This document shows, piece after piece, positions 1 to 8,973 of a stretch of DNA of 64,000 bases (position 1 is the stretch's first letter; each line of letters starts with the position of its first letter). This DNA comes from a virus. A program made the position numbers and the translations under genes. The notes beneath the pieces were generated by a model. The model was not told where the DNA came from. It saw nothing but the letters and a program-made list of their open reading frames with translations, and made no database searches. The DNA lies in the IMG/VR virus record IMGVR_UViG_3300028840_004908; one strand, written 5' to 3'.

Positions 1-216
1 ATTTTCTATTGCTTTCATTCTCTTTTTCATCTGCTCGTGTTTCTTGTTACCCTCAACTTCAGGAAATAAATCAACAGCATCAACAAATTCCATTTGAGCC
101 TTGTCCAAATGCGTCATCGCACTTCTCAATTTCTTCAAACAAGGCTTTGCTCCCGGTTTCCCAGATGCCGCTATTCTATTTGCTATCTCCAAAATCTCTC
201 TTGCGATTTTTTCCAT
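1..216 (-). CDS. hypothetical protein, partial (3' end lies before window start)
   Basis: minus-strand ATG at 214-216 preceded by a GGGGATGGGAA SD-like stretch. Open frame MEKIAREILEIANRIAASGKPGAK... runs off the window edge. Not in the ORF track because there is no in-window stop. Confidence 0.3.
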   Translation of the reverse strand, partial: MEKIAREILEIANRIAASGKPGAKPCLKKLRSAMTHLDKAQMEFVDAVDLFPEVEGNKKHEQMKKRMKAIEN

Positions 217-326
217 TTCCCATCCCCTTTTTTGCTTCAAAAAAGCAATGTTATGCGTCAAAACGAATATATCAAACCAAAATCTACTCTGCCGTATTTT
301 CTCGCATATAGGCTTTAACGAACTTC

Positions 327-521
327 CTACACGCCCTGAATGATAACCGTTCTATTTTTAATGTCCCTATCAGTGTCATCTGTATCAATGGTGCCAAAAA
401 AACGTGATCGAAATATCATTGTATTTTTCCATTCTCGAATATTTGATGCTCGAAGACCATTGTAAAAAACCATTCTCGAATATTCTGCCGCAAATCGTGT
501 TACGTCAATCTGTTGTGCCAA
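327..521 (-). CDS. hypothetical protein (64 aa)
   Basis: minus-strand ORF in line with the neighbouring gene orientation. No recognisable motif. Confidence 0.25.
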   Translation of the reverse strand: MAQQIDVTRFAAEYSRMVFYNGLRASNIREWKNTMIFRSRFFGTIDTDDTDRDIKNRTVIIQGV

Positions 522-550
522 AAAAAAGTAACTAACCTATTTTTTAATGT

Positions 551-925
551 CTAAAGGAACTCCCCCGTGGATAAAAGGCGAGCTACGCGGCGTATCTCAG
601 ATAGGACAGTACAGTGTAATAGAAAGTCCGTTGCCACTTTGTTACAGCAATCATCAGTAGGATGGTCGATCAGCCAGATGTCCCACGGTGAACTTCGACG
701 AGGCTGTTTTATAGACTCTGGGTACTTGCGTGGTCTACGCTGCTTTCTTTTCTTACGCGTTACGCCTCCGGGTCTATCAAGCTTCTCAGGGCCATAGCGG
801 TTATATCTCTTACGTTGTTCACGTTTCATTTTGCTTTTATTCTGTCGGTAATACTTGCGAAGCTTACGACGTTGCGTTGGCGTACGTTTTCCTTTTCCAA
901 ATTGATAGGGCTGCTCTTGTTCCAT
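551..925 (-). CDS. highly basic Lys/Arg-rich hypothetical protein
   Basis: minus ORF 551..991. Internal ATG at 923-925 gives MEQEQPYQFGKGKRTPTQRRKLRKYYRQNKSK... The basic composition suggests nucleic-acid binding. The start is uncertain. Confidence 0.3.
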   Translation of the reverse strand: MEQEQPYQFGKGKRTPTQRRKLRKYYRQNKSKMKREQRKRYNRYGPEKLDRPGGVTRKKRKQRRPRKYPESIKQPRRSSPWDIWLIDHPTDDCCNKVATDFLLHCTVLSEIRRVARLLSTGEFL

Positions 926-1019
926 TCTACTAAACCGCTGAATATAAAAAAATATTTTCGTTGGGGTGGAGGGTTCTTGTAAAGATGGCATTGGCAGGAA
1001 GTTAGAGATATGTGCAATT

Positions 1020-1490
1020 TAGCAGTATTGTGTTACTGCTTAAGGCAGGTCTATTATAGTGCTTAAAGCTTTCTTAATTCGTCGTTATAGTCCTTCGAGT
1101 TCTGCGTCAAGAAGCAATTGGCGATTTTTGAGATGCTCCTCAGCAGTTACTGCTTCCGTAATTACTTCGTACTGCTTAGTTTAGAATCATCTCTACTTCG
1201 ATCCGAAGTGTGTAGTATGCTTCTTGCCGCAGGATTTAGAGAGGGTCGAGGTGTATGACGAGGTGTAATTACCAATAGGTCGTTTTAGGGAGGTTTCGAA
1301 GGGGTGATAAGGGAAAGGGCTTTGGGAGTGGTAAAGTACAACGGAGGGGGCTTTATCGCGGGAATAAGAGGGGTTCTGGGCAGGTAAAGAGAAGCGAGTC
1401 CTCCGGGAAATATTCCTTTTAGCAGCTCTTGGTCACAGAGGTAGCATCAAGGAGGGTTGGTACGTCCCCGAAGGACTCGCAAAGAAAGCT
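1020..1490. other. ORF-free purine-rich structured region (candidate ncRNA, origin or regulatory region)
   Basis: no ORF of 60 aa or more in any frame across about 470 bp. Plus strand carries G-runs GGGG(N6)GGG(N3)GGG(N4)GGG near 1300-1335. Perfect palindrome ACTTCGATCCGAAGT near 1188-1202. Long-range complementary segments GCGAGTCCTCCGGG (about 1395) and CCCGAAGGACTCGC (about 1463). TATAAT on the minus strand near 1053-1058. Confidence 0.3.
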
Positions 1491-1745
1491 TCAGTCACTG
1501 TAGATGATTTTTTTCAGTCGTTTTATCGCATTGAAAAGGACCGTCGCCGAGACATCGTCATTACCCATGAGTAGATTTTTGGCAAGGGTGTCACAGTTCT
1601 GCTTATCTCTGAATTCAAAGACTACCCGTTTGCCATTGCGTTTCGTATCTTGGATGGACTGATCTTTGGCAACAAGGTACGCTGCTGTAAGGAAATCCGA
1701 CGTTTCATACTGCTGCTGTTGTTCCATCGTGGGCCATCCTTTCAT
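1491..1745 (-). CDS. hypothetical protein
   Basis: 84-aa minus ORF directly downstream of the ORF-free region. The start may be an internal MEQQQQ. Confidence 0.45.
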   Translation of the reverse strand: MKGWPTMEQQQQYETSDFLTAAYLVAKDQSIQDTKRNGKRVVFEFRDKQNCDTLAKNLLMGNDDVSATVLFNAIKRLKKIIYSD

Positions 1746-1752
1746 TATAGAC

Positions 1753-2433
1753 TTATATTGCTGTCGTGAGCTTATGTGCTTCTTTCAGGAGTGCGTCGAG
1801 TTCTTCCGGTGACATGGAGGCGATGCGTTTTTTCCGGAAGGTTTTGGGAAGTTCATCCCAGCGTTGGATCAGGGTGTCGACTGACATATCTTTGCCAAAA
1901 ATCGAGTAGACTGTTTCCTCGATTTCTCTTGCTTTGTTGGCTCTCAGCACGGAGGTTTTCATCACAGCTGACTTCACGGGACTTTTTTTGACCAACGCGG
2001 GATGTGTTTTAATCGTCCTTCGTCTTTTTCTTCGCGGGGAGAGTCCAGCGCCCTTATGCAGCAGCACATCGATGACAGTCTTATCGACACCACCTTCGTG
2101 CAGTTCTCGAACGACGACAGGACGCGAGAGTGTCGGAAGTCTTTTATCGACAGCCCTAAAGACTTTGAAGAAGAGCTTGTTGGAAAAAAGCCGATAGCCA
2201 TCGCCATTTTTTCGGACTTTATCAAAGGGAGCCATCATGGATTTATCAGAGAGTTTGCCACAATGGGTCATGGGATAGATGCGAACCCGACGGCCTCCGG
2301 GCGAGACTCCAATGCGAAGGAATTTCGGCTTTTGTGCTGCCAGAATTCTGTACAGCGCAGCAGTCATGTACATTCCTTTTGCTGCTCCGTCATACAGGGA
2401 TACAAAATCAGACCGATTTTTCTTTTTTGCCAT
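1753..2433 (-). CDS. basic hypothetical protein, possibly DNA-binding
   Basis: 226-aa minus ORF MAKKKNRSDF... with Lys/Arg-rich patches (SPRRKRRRTIKTHPALVKK). No family recognised. Confidence 0.5.
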   Translation of the reverse strand: MAKKKNRSDFVSLYDGAAKGMYMTAALYRILAAQKPKFLRIGVSPGGRRVRIYPMTHCGKLSDKSMMAPFDKVRKNGDGYRLFSNKLFFKVFRAVDKRLPTLSRPVVVRELHEGGVDKTVIDVLLHKGAGLSPRRKRRRTIKTHPALVKKSPVKSAVMKTSVLRANKAREIEETVYSIFGKDMSVDTLIQRWDELPKTFRKKRIASMSPEELDALLKEAHKLTTAI

Positions 2434-2496
2434 TACACATCCTCCTTTTCATTGTTAATTCTTTTCAAAAGAGATATTACGCTAACGTCTCTTGTT

Positions 2497-2841
2497 TCAC
2501 ATAAAGAGTTTGACAGCGTATCCAACAATCAACGCCGCTACTGGTTTCATGAATGCCCAGACGCACTGGGCCATGAGTGCTTTTTTGGATTCCTCCAGCT
2601 CTGTCTTTTTTCCGTCGAAGTTCGGCTTGTATGTCAGAAACGATATGATCATTCCAAGACCGATAGCTTGCACGAGGGAAAGAGTTTGAACCTTAAACGT
2701 CGTAGCGATAAACCATTGCCACAGCTTCATCAGGGCATAGCCATTGATGACGTAGCTGATTGGCATTAGGATGACTGCACTAACGACTGTGACGAGGCAT
2801 CCGAGGAGTTCTGTTGCGGTTTTTTCGTCTTTTTCTGTCAT
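2497..2841 (-). CDS. small integral membrane protein
   Basis: start MTEKDEK at 2839-2841 shares ATGA with the stop of the upstream gene. Three hydrophobic helices (LLGCLVTVVSAVILMPISYVI, LSLVQAIGLGMIISFL, VAALIVGYAVKLF). Confidence 0.5.
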   Translation of the reverse strand: MTEKDEKTATELLGCLVTVVSAVILMPISYVINGYALMKLWQWFIATTFKVQTLSLVQAIGLGMIISFLTYKPNFDGKKTELEESKKALMAQCVWAFMKPVAALIVGYAVKLFM

Positions 2842-3173
2842 TGTGTGGTCCCTTCTGTGACGGCGGATTTTCCGTCGATTTTTACATCTTTGAACCATTG
2901 GGACATCAGGTATGCTACGGAAGCTTCTTTGTGCTCGTGCTGCAAATCCCAGCAGCGTTGGACTGTTGCAAGGTGTCGTGTCGCTTTTTTTCCGTCGACA
3001 CCTTCCTTTAGGACAAATTCCGTCGATTTTGGCAGTCCTTCGAAGAACCAGCGTTGTTGGAGTTTTACCCATGGATTGTGTTGTTTCTTGAACTCGTCTG
3101 GGATTTCCTTATACTCCGGAACGATGTCTGCTGTACGAGCCACAAATCCTTTGATTTCCTTGACAGGGTACAT
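2838..3173 (-). CDS. hypothetical protein
   Basis: 111-aa minus ORF. Its TGA overlaps the ATG of the next gene (ATGA). Confidence 0.5.
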   Translation of the reverse strand: MYPVKEIKGFVARTADIVPEYKEIPDEFKKQHNPWVKLQQRWFFEGLPKSTEFVLKEGVDGKKATRHLATVQRCWDLQHEHKEASVAYLMSQWFKDVKIDGKSAVTEGTTQ

Positions 3174-3186
3174 AATTTCATTCCTT

Positions 3187-3393
3187 TCATAGTTCTTTAT
3201 AAGCGATGGTCTCCTTGACCCGAGCGATTCGGGAGTCTGGCCCCGCCAAACCGTCTTTTCTCAATCGGCGCAGGTCTTCGCGGGCTTCTTTGCGCGTATC
3301 GTAGGTATCGGGGGACTCTGGGGGTTCGCCATCGAGTCCGGGGCAGATGAGTCCCCACAGGATTCTGGTCGAGCTGTGTTTGAATTTTTTCAT
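3187..3393 (-). CDS. hypothetical protein (68 aa)
   Basis: ATG at 3391-3393 (MKKFKHSS...) preceded by GGAGAAAAACC. The longer track ORF 3187..3519 starts at TTG and runs through the conserved upstream element. Confidence 0.4.
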   Translation of the reverse strand: MKKFKHSSTRILWGLICPGLDGEPPESPDTYDTRKEAREDLRRLRKDGLAGPDSRIARVKETIAYKEL

Positions 3394-3405
3394 GGTTTTT
3401 CTCCA

Positions 3406-3503
3406 AGAAAAGGTTTGCCTTGCAAAATGCAGGTGTCTCAACCACCCTTCAAAAGACTTAACCGCATGAATCGCCATTTGCCGTGAACTTTCTTCGCATT
3501 TTT
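3406..3503 (-). promoter_or_regulatory. class I conserved upstream element, copy A
   Basis: core CTTAACCGCATGAATCGCCATTTGCCGTGAACTTTCTT (plus-strand spelling) shared with five other copies. It lies 15-50 nt 5' of the 3393 start codon. It is flanked by a duplicated TTGGAGAAAAACCATGAAAAA. Confidence 0.5.
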
Positions 3504-3715
3504 CATGGTTTTTCTCCAATTAGCTCTTTTCGAGCCGTTGCCCGTAATGCGAGGTCTGGGACAGGTGTATCGATTTCGCTCATGAAACGCATTTCAGGGG
3601 ACGTTCGACCTTCGCCAGCACGAAAGCAGCTTCGATAGATTTCAATGGCTTGGTTGCGAAGTCCCGAGTCTCCCGCAGCGAAGCGAAGAATTGTGGTTTT
3701 TTCAGCAGATGTCAT
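3503..3715 (-). CDS. hypothetical protein (70 aa)
   Basis: ATG at 3713-3715 (MTSAEKTTIL...) with GGAGGAG SD. ATGA overlap with the upstream gene stop. Confidence 0.4.
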   Translation of the reverse strand: MTSAEKTTILRFAAGDSGLRNQAIEIYRSCFRAGEGRTSPEMRFMSEIDTPVPDLALRATARKELIGEKP

Positions 3716-4275
3716 TTTCTCTCCTCCGGGTGTCCGCAGAATATGCACCAGTCACCTGATTCGTTCTCTGGGTCGTATTCCTCCGGCAACGGCCAGAGGT
3801 CGTCATTGATAAGCCGTATGTGCTGTTTACCGTCTTTTGGGAACGAGTCGTAGTGGCACACCCCGTCCGGAGAGTAGCGGCAGCGCCATCCGAAAGAAAC
3901 GCCGCAGCCCTTGCACCACGCGCCAACAGACATCCATTTGTCTTTCCAGTCGCTGTCTTTTATTCGCTCGAAGTGATGGTGGCAGTTGGTTTTTAGTTTT
4001 GCGAGATGTTCGTATAATGCTTCGATTTTCGCACGAGTTTTCTTCGCCTTGGCTTGGCTGGTTTGGAACTTCACGCAGGGAAGGGTTGCGAGAGGTCCGC
4101 CGATGCGAAAGGTTTGCGAAGCTTGCGGGGTGGAGTAGACAGTGATGTGTTGAAAGCATTCGCCACAGAAGTTCGCCATGTTGCGGGCTTCAAGCCGTTC
4201 CCATTGGGCTATCTTGTGTCCGTTTTTCTCCGCGAGTTTTTCTGCTTTTTGCATGACCTTATTCAGTGAGTCCAT
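3712..4275 (-). CDS. Cys/His-rich putative zinc-binding protein (HNH-like nuclease fold not excluded)
   Basis: C-terminal half NCHHHFER...CKGCG...CHYDSFPKDGKQHIRLINDD...CIFCGH. Start MDSLNK at 4273-4275 has a better SD spacing than the upstream ATG. Confidence 0.45.
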   Translation of the reverse strand: MDSLNKVMQKAEKLAEKNGHKIAQWERLEARNMANFCGECFQHITVYSTPQASQTFRIGGPLATLPCVKFQTSQAKAKKTRAKIEALYEHLAKLKTNCHHHFERIKDSDWKDKWMSVGAWCKGCGVSFGWRCRYSPDGVCHYDSFPKDGKQHIRLINDDLWPLPEEYDPENESGDWCIFCGHPEERK

Positions 4276-4288
4276 TGTTTGCATCCTT

Positions 4289-4597
4289 TCATCGGACGGG
4301 ATATTTCGCGACATAAGCCGCGACCCGATCCATGTAGCGATGTATTCCCGGTCCGTCAATCCTTGTTGCGTGGAAATGCAATTCGTCAAGCATCTCGTGC
4401 AACGCTTTATAGACCGCTGTAAAGTTATACAATCCTTCGCGTAATACTTTGGGGATTTTTTTGTTTTCGAAGCAGATTTCCAGCGCCCACCCGTCTTTGT
4501 GCAGGGCCAGTGTACTGCGATTCATGCCGTCAGGAGGCGTTAATGGCCCGCCTTCAAGGACCATGTAGTTCGTGCATTCGAGCGCCACGCCGATCAT
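4289..4597 (-). CDS. hypothetical protein
   Basis: 102-aa minus ORF. Start codon abuts the stop of the upstream gene. Confidence 0.45.
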   Translation of the reverse strand: MIGVALECTNYMVLEGGPLTPPDGMNRSTLALHKDGWALEICFENKKIPKVLREGLYNFTAVYKALHEMLDELHFHATRIDGPGIHRYMDRVAAYVAKYPVR

Positions 4598-5380
4598 TTA
4601 CTTCTCTTTCTTCACGAGCCAAATAACGTTGAAGCGAAGAGTAGAGAAACGCGTGGGTCTGTTTGCGTTCAGATTGACAGTCGTCTTCGCTGTACTTTTA
4701 GGGTTGACCCCTGTGAACGTAGCTGACCCTTGCCAACCTCGTGTTGCTGGAGGTATCCAGCCTTTGATTTGCACAGTGCAAAATACGATACGTTTGCTTG
4801 TGCTGTTGCGAAGGGTGACGCTTAACGTCTTCTCGTCCTTCTTTTTAACCGTGGCCGAGAGTCCGCGAATCGGTTTGTATTTTCTCGTCTTCTGATTGAA
4901 TTCGGATTTCTCGCTTTCCCTTTTATACTCCAAGAAGTGTTTCCATCGCTTGTTCACTTTGTTGATCTTCCACCAATTGTCTTCGTTGTAATACTGTTGA
5001 TCTTCTCTTGACGTCTTTTCTGGTTTGTCGGGTTCCTTAACTTCTACTTCGGATTCTTTCTCTTTCGCCTTGTTCGTAACAGCCCTTTGAATCCACGAGG
5101 AGTCCAATCCCTTGCGCAGCGAAGTTACGACGTCCTTGTTCATTTGCAGGATTTCGAGGAGCTGTTCCTTGTTCTTCAGGGTTTCGTCTTTCTTAACAGC
5201 GTTCCGGATTGCAGCGAGTTTGGAGTAGACATCCATCACGCTCTTTTCTTCGGACGTAAAGAAGTGATGGACGGCCAGCTGTGCGTCAGCAAGGTATTGC
5301 TGACCCTCCTTGATAGTAGGCTTTTCTTCGGCGAATGCGAAGCTTGTGCAGCACAACAGTAGCATGATAATCATTCGTTT
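4598..5380 (-). CDS. secreted Lys-rich coiled-coil protein
   Basis: internal start MKRMIIMLLLCCTSFAFA gives a signal peptide. ATGA overlap with the upstream stop at 5380. KE-rich coiled-coil-like sequence follows. Confidence 0.55.
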   Translation of the reverse strand, partial: KRMIIMLLLCCTSFAFAEEKPTIKEGQQYLADAQLAVHHFFTSEEKSVMDVYSKLAAIRNAVKKDETLKNKEQLLEILQMNKDVVTSLRKGLDSSWIQRAVTNKAKEKESEVEVKEPDKPEKTSREDQQYYNEDNWWKINKVNKRWKHFLEYKRESEKSEFNQKTRKYKPIRGLSATVKKKDEKTLSVTLRNSTSKRIVFCTVQIKGWIPPATRGWQGSATFTGVNPKSTAKTTVNLNANRPTRFSTLRFNVIWLVKKEK

Positions 5381-5841
5381 CATTGTTTGTTCTCCCCAAA
5401 GGTTTGATGTACTCTTTCTGTCAACCATTCCTTATTCTTATAGTTAGAAACAATATCTAAGGCTTGTTCCTTACTTAGCTTTTCCAAGCTCTCCAAGGCT
5501 GCTGTTTCATTTTTCATCGAGGTCGCCAACAAAACATTGAGCACATCCTTCTTTCCAGAAGGATAGATTTCCTTGTACCAAAGGTAAGCAAGTGTGATGT
5601 AAATCCAAATCCGAATTTCTTTGTCGGGATGAACATCGCACTTAAAATCGTTTTCCCATTCTTCTGCGGCTTGTGGATACGCATCACTCAAACTGGCTTC
5701 AAACCATTGACACCACTGTTTTTGATTTTCATTGAGTGTGGTGTGGTACCACATGATTGTCAAACCGTCTTTAGTTGTGTGGTCATATATTGCGTTTTGA
5801 ATAATTTTCTGGTCTTCGCCTGACATTGTTTTCTCCTTCAA
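5380..5841 (-). CDS. hypothetical protein
   Basis: 153-aa minus ORF. Its stop TGA overlaps the next ATG. Confidence 0.5.
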   Translation of the reverse strand: MKEKTMSGEDQKIIQNAIYDHTTKDGLTIMWYHTTLNENQKQWCQWFEASLSDAYPQAAEEWENDFKCDVHPDKEIRIWIYITLAYLWYKEIYPSGKKDVLNVLLATSMKNETAALESLEKLSKEQALDIVSNYKNKEWLTERVHQTFGENKQ

Positions 5842-6008
5842 GGGTTCAGCGGGCAGTCACTGCCGCATTCACAGGGACAGTCACCTTCGTATTCTGTCAG
5901 GTATCCGTTTTTCTTGCGATGCGCGCAGCATTGGTCCATCAGCGCTTGTTCCATATCGTCCTGCTGGCGAAGATAAGTATCAAGGCTTGATTGGACAGGA
6001 TCGATCAT
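5838..6008 (-). CDS. small Cys-rich hypothetical protein
   Basis: MIDPVQSS...DQCCAHRKKNGYLTEYEGDCPCECGSDCP. Cys cluster. Start chosen at the internal ATG. Confidence 0.3.
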   Translation of the reverse strand: MIDPVQSSLDTYLRQQDDMEQALMDQCCAHRKKNGYLTEYEGDCPCECGSDCPLNP

Positions 6009-6207
6009 CGGTTTTTTCCTTCCAAGGGTAAAGTAAAGTATCAATCAGCTTGCTATCCAGAACATTCCGGATTTCTTCCTTGGTGATTCTCGCTGACCTT
6101 CCGTACTCCATAGCCCGTTGTACCAGCGAACGGCCCTCGTGGGTTTCGTGAGGCTCCTCGGCGGCGAGAAGCACACATTTGAGGGCGAATAGTAGGCGAT
6201 TTTTCAT
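5980..6207 (-). CDS. hypothetical protein with hydrophobic N-terminus
   Basis: MKNRLLFALKCVLLAAEEP... signal-like N-terminus. Overlaps the next gene by 28 nt. Confidence 0.3.
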   Translation of the reverse strand: MKNRLLFALKCVLLAAEEPHETHEGRSLVQRAMEYGRSARITKEEIRNVLDSKLIDTLLYPWKEKTDDRSCPIKP

Positions 6208-6222
6208 GGTTTTCCCTCACGG

Positions 6223-6513
6223 TTAAGTCGCGATAAAAAGCTGGTCGAATTTAGCTTTGACAATTGCCTCTGCTTTCTTTCTCTCCCCTCCTTTTACGAC
6301 TTCTGATATTCTGACTTTCTTTATGCAACCATCCTCATTTCCCACAACGTAAATCTTGCCGTTATCGGTTACCCATCCCAAGATATCTTGAACAGAGAAG
6401 TTTTTGCGTTTCTCTTCAATCTGTCGGAAGGTGGCTTTGGTCATTTTGTGATTGTCAACGCGAATCACTTTGATTTCGATAGTTGCCGTCTGGATTGTCA
6501 AATTCTTTTTCAT
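6223..6513 (-). CDS. hypothetical protein (96 aa)
   Basis: ATG at 6511-6513 (MKKNLTIQTATIEIKV...) with GGGGAG SD. The track ORF is longer because of an upstream in-frame alternative start. Confidence 0.45.
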   Translation of the reverse strand: MKKNLTIQTATIEIKVIRVDNHKMTKATFRQIEEKRKNFSVQDILGWVTDNGKIYVVGNEDGCIKKVRISEVVKGGERKKAEAIVKAKFDQLFIAT

Positions 6514-6541
6514 GGTTTCTCCCCACTGGGGAATTCCCCAG

Positions 6542-6820
6542 TTAGAAATACTCTTTGTAAGTCTCCCAATTGCTGGCTGCTTTGATCTTGTCAACAGGGA
6601 CACTGTACCAGATTGTCGGGCGCGGGTCAGGCGCTGAGAAGACGTTGAATTCCTCCTCACTGTACGCCACAGCAGCAGCCGTGAAGGGACCGTTGTCCAC
6701 CAGCACGACATACATCTCGCCTTCTGGCGCAGGCCAGACAGGGTTTTCGCCGACTCTTGTGCCGTGCTTGTTCAGGAAGGACTCTTTTTCTTCGGTTGGA
6801 GGGTTGATGTAGCATCCCAT
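6542..6820 (-). CDS. hypothetical protein
   Basis: 92-aa minus ORF. Confidence 0.45.
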   Translation of the reverse strand: MGCYINPPTEEKESFLNKHGTRVGENPVWPAPEGEMYVVLVDNGPFTAAAVAYSEEEFNVFSAPDPRPTIWYSVPVDKIKAASNWETYKEYF

Positions 6821-6831
6821 TGTTTCATCCT

Positions 6832-7017
6832 TTACAGATCATCAAGGGTTGTTCCGAGTTCTTCCAACAGCACGCCCAGCTTGTTGTCTGCAATCCGGTG
6901 ACTGTTCTTCAAATCTTCGTTTGTCGTATTAGGCTCGTAACGCTCCGACAAATCGAACTCGTAGAACAGCCAGTGGATACATTCTCTCGCGGCTTCACGG
7001 AATTGCTTTTCGTCCAT
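6832..7017 (-). CDS. hypothetical acidic protein
   Basis: 61-aa minus ORF. Confidence 0.35.
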   Translation of the reverse strand: MDEKQFREAARECIHWLFYEFDLSERYEPNTTNEDLKNSHRIADNKLGVLLEELGTTLDDL

Positions 7018-7020
7018 TGT

Positions 7021-7260
7021 TTATTTCCTCCCCGCTGCCCTAAGCTTTGACAACATTTTCTTCGTTGCCCCTTCTCTCATAAAAGAACAATCCGGAGAAA
7101 GTGAAACTTCAATGTAATATGTGTTACCAACGCCTTTCTTATAAAATACACCAAAGACGCCACGAGTTTGAATAAGTTGTAATCGTAATTGTGTTACTTC
7201 GTTTTCCGTACAATCCCACATCGTGAAATGAAATGTGGGATAATTGAATAAGAACTTCAT
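7021..7260 (-). CDS. hypothetical protein
   Basis: 79-aa minus ORF. AAGGAGAATGAAGA SD upstream of ATG 7260. Confidence 0.4.
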   Translation of the reverse strand: MKFLFNYPTFHFTMWDCTENEVTQLRLQLIQTRGVFGVFYKKGVGNTYYIEVSLSPDCSFMREGATKKMLSKLRAAGRK

Positions 7261-7564
7261 TCTTCATTCTCCTTATGTGGGCAAACGCTTTCACATTCCC
7301 CGACGCCGAGGATTCTTACAACCGCACATTCATCGGCGCATTCAGGGAACGGGACGTCTTTAAGCTCTTGAGTTGTCTTCACGCTTTCATTCCTTTAGAA
7401 AAGGAGGGCAACTCCCGCTCCCGGCTATTTAACTCCGGTCATGACTAACTCTGAGGCTTCCTCTTTCGAAGGTTTCATCCTATAATTAAGGGCATTGGGA
7501 ATCCAACCCAATCAGAGCAGACTGCGGGAGTTTGGAAGCTTACTGCGCTTCACGGTACGCCCTC

Positions 7565-7747
7565 CTATTGTGGTTCTGTCTTTGAGGTTTCACTTTCCTC
7601 TTTGCTGCAATTCGAACAGAAATCGACACCATCAAAACTGGTCCAGCCTGTAGCCTTTGCCATATCACGCAAGTGCTTTTCGTCGTCACCCTGTCCGAAC
7701 TCATAACAACACTTATCACAGGCTAAAGAATATGTCGCTTCGATCAT
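7565..7747 (-). CDS. small zinc-ribbon protein
   Basis: CDKCCYEF...CSNC pairs of Cys. Acidic C-terminus. Confidence 0.4.
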   Translation of the reverse strand: MIEATYSLACDKCCYEFGQGDDEKHLRDMAKATGWTSFDGVDFCSNCSKEESETSKTEPQ

Positions 7748-7756
7748 GCTTCCTCC

Positions 7757-8068
7757 TTACGGCCAACGGGTCATTTCAGTAAGCTGCTTGCCTTTCAGCA
7801 CGATGGGAACGTCACAGCGAAGGTACGCAATGTCCTCGTCAAGATTTCCGATGTGGATGGCTTCCAACTGCTTGGCAAACTTCTTGAGACCTTCGCGTGC
7901 GCTTTTTACGGTTTCGTTGAAGTCCTTGTCGTCTGAAGCCGGAAGAACTTCCGCCAGCTCCTCCAGATACTGCTGGCCATTATCGATGGCTACAATAGTC
8001 GCGTCGTACTGTCTGAGCAAGAACCGGAACCGTTCCAATGCCTTTCTCTGCTTTTTCGTCATAGCCAT
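7757..8068 (-). CDS. hypothetical protein
   Basis: 103-aa minus ORF. AAGGAG SD. Confidence 0.45.
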   Translation of the reverse strand: MAMTKKQRKALERFRFLLRQYDATIVAIDNGQQYLEELAEVLPASDDKDFNETVKSAREGLKKFAKQLEAIHIGNLDEDIAYLRCDVPIVLKGKQLTEMTRWP

Positions 8069-8081
8069 TTCGCCGCTCCTT

Positions 8082-8345
8082 TCAGTCTTCTGGAAGGTCA
8101 GCTTCTTTGAACTTGTCGCAACTTTCTCCCATCAACTCCACCTGCTCTGCTCCCTTTTTCGCGGCACACGAAATAAGCATGCGCTTATTCTGCCACTGCA
8201 TACAGGCGTCGGAATGTTCACACGCGAAGCAGTGGGCGTTTTCCTTCGAGAATTTGGTATCTGTGTCGCTCATCGGTTCGTCCTCTCGATTGAATAGAGC
8301 CTCACTCGCCGTTTCTTTTTCGTTCAAAGGCCAAGTCCTCTTCAA
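8082..8345 (-). CDS. Cys-rich hypothetical protein
   Basis: CFACEHSDACMQW...CAAKKG...CDKF. Confidence 0.4.
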   Translation of the reverse strand: MKRTWPLNEKETASEALFNREDEPMSDTDTKFSKENAHCFACEHSDACMQWQNKRMLISCAAKKGAEQVELMGESCDKFKEADLPED

Positions 8346-8973
8346 AACCGGAGAACACGGCTAAAAGCTTCTGAACGTGCTCCGCTGAATACTCTCGGGA
8401 CGGGTCGATTCGTATCGTGAATTTGCCCCTCCCTTTCGCGTGAATTCCGAACGTGTGTTTCCCAACGTTGTACGAGCAGCTGGTTGCGTTTTCACGCGGG
8501 TAGGTGGCGTTGGGAAAGTGTTTGTGAAGGTCTGCTACCTGTCCCTTTTCGTAGTTTTTTAGTTTGATCTGCTTGTCAATGAATTCGTGAATTTCATCCA
8601 TCATAGCGTCGCACCGCTCGTGCATGCTTTTCGCAGCCTTATCCAGATTCTTGATCTGGTCAAAATCCGAATTGATGCGGCGTTCTCGGATGCGGTCATC
8701 CCCGTTTCCCACGCGGCTGGGCGTAGCCACGATTTTGTTGGTAACTTGGCTTCTGCTCCAACCGTGGTAAAAACTCTTACGGCGAATGGTGATTTTAACT
8801 TCTTCGCCGTACGTCTCTTTGCGGACAATGTGCCAATGTTGCGGTTTCATCTTGCCCTCATCATTTTCCATGACGAGTTTGTAGACGTTTCCAGACAGGT
8901 TGTTGAGCATGACGTGAAATCGCACCCAGAAGTTCCTGCATTCGTCTTGCTTTTTTGGCAGTAATTCGCTCAT
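8302..8973 (-). CDS. hypothetical protein (weak HUH-like HWHIV motif)
   Basis: start MSELLPKKQ at 8971-8973 with GAGGGAAA SD. Contains HWHIVRK and a later Y-x3-K. Too weak to call a Rep/relaxase. Confidence 0.45.
   Translation of the reverse strand: MSELLPKKQDECRNFWVRFHVMLNNLSGNVYKLVMENDEGKMKPQHWHIVRKETYGEEVKITIRRKSFYHGWSRSQVTNKIVATPSRVGNGDDRIRERRINSDFDQIKNLDKAAKSMHERCDAMMDEIHEFIDKQIKLKNYEKGQVADLHKHFPNATYPRENATSCSYNVGKHTFGIHAKGRGKFTIRIDPSREYSAEHVQKLLAVFSGFEEDLAFERKRNGE

Noticed and set aside
1180-1210. TTCGATCC within ACTTCGATCCGAAGT looks like a tRNA T-loop.
   Set aside because: It is a 6-bp stem with a 3-nt loop and not a 5-bp stem with a 7-nt loop. No acceptor or D arms can be drawn around it on either strand.
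3440-3500. The class I element could encode a conserved leader peptide (MRLSLLKGG in one frame).
   Set aside because: The reading frame and downstream continuation differ between copies. The frame stops right after GG in copy A, is fused in frame to the next gene in B, and is unrelated in C to F. Conservation is at the nucleotide level, including non-coding flanks.
3187-3519. The 110-aa track ORF 3187..3519 (and similar ones such as 9567..10535 and 24570..24755) could be genes.
   Set aside because: They begin at non-ATG codons and read through the conserved class I element. Internal ATGs with proper SD sequences (3393, 10458) define the real genes.
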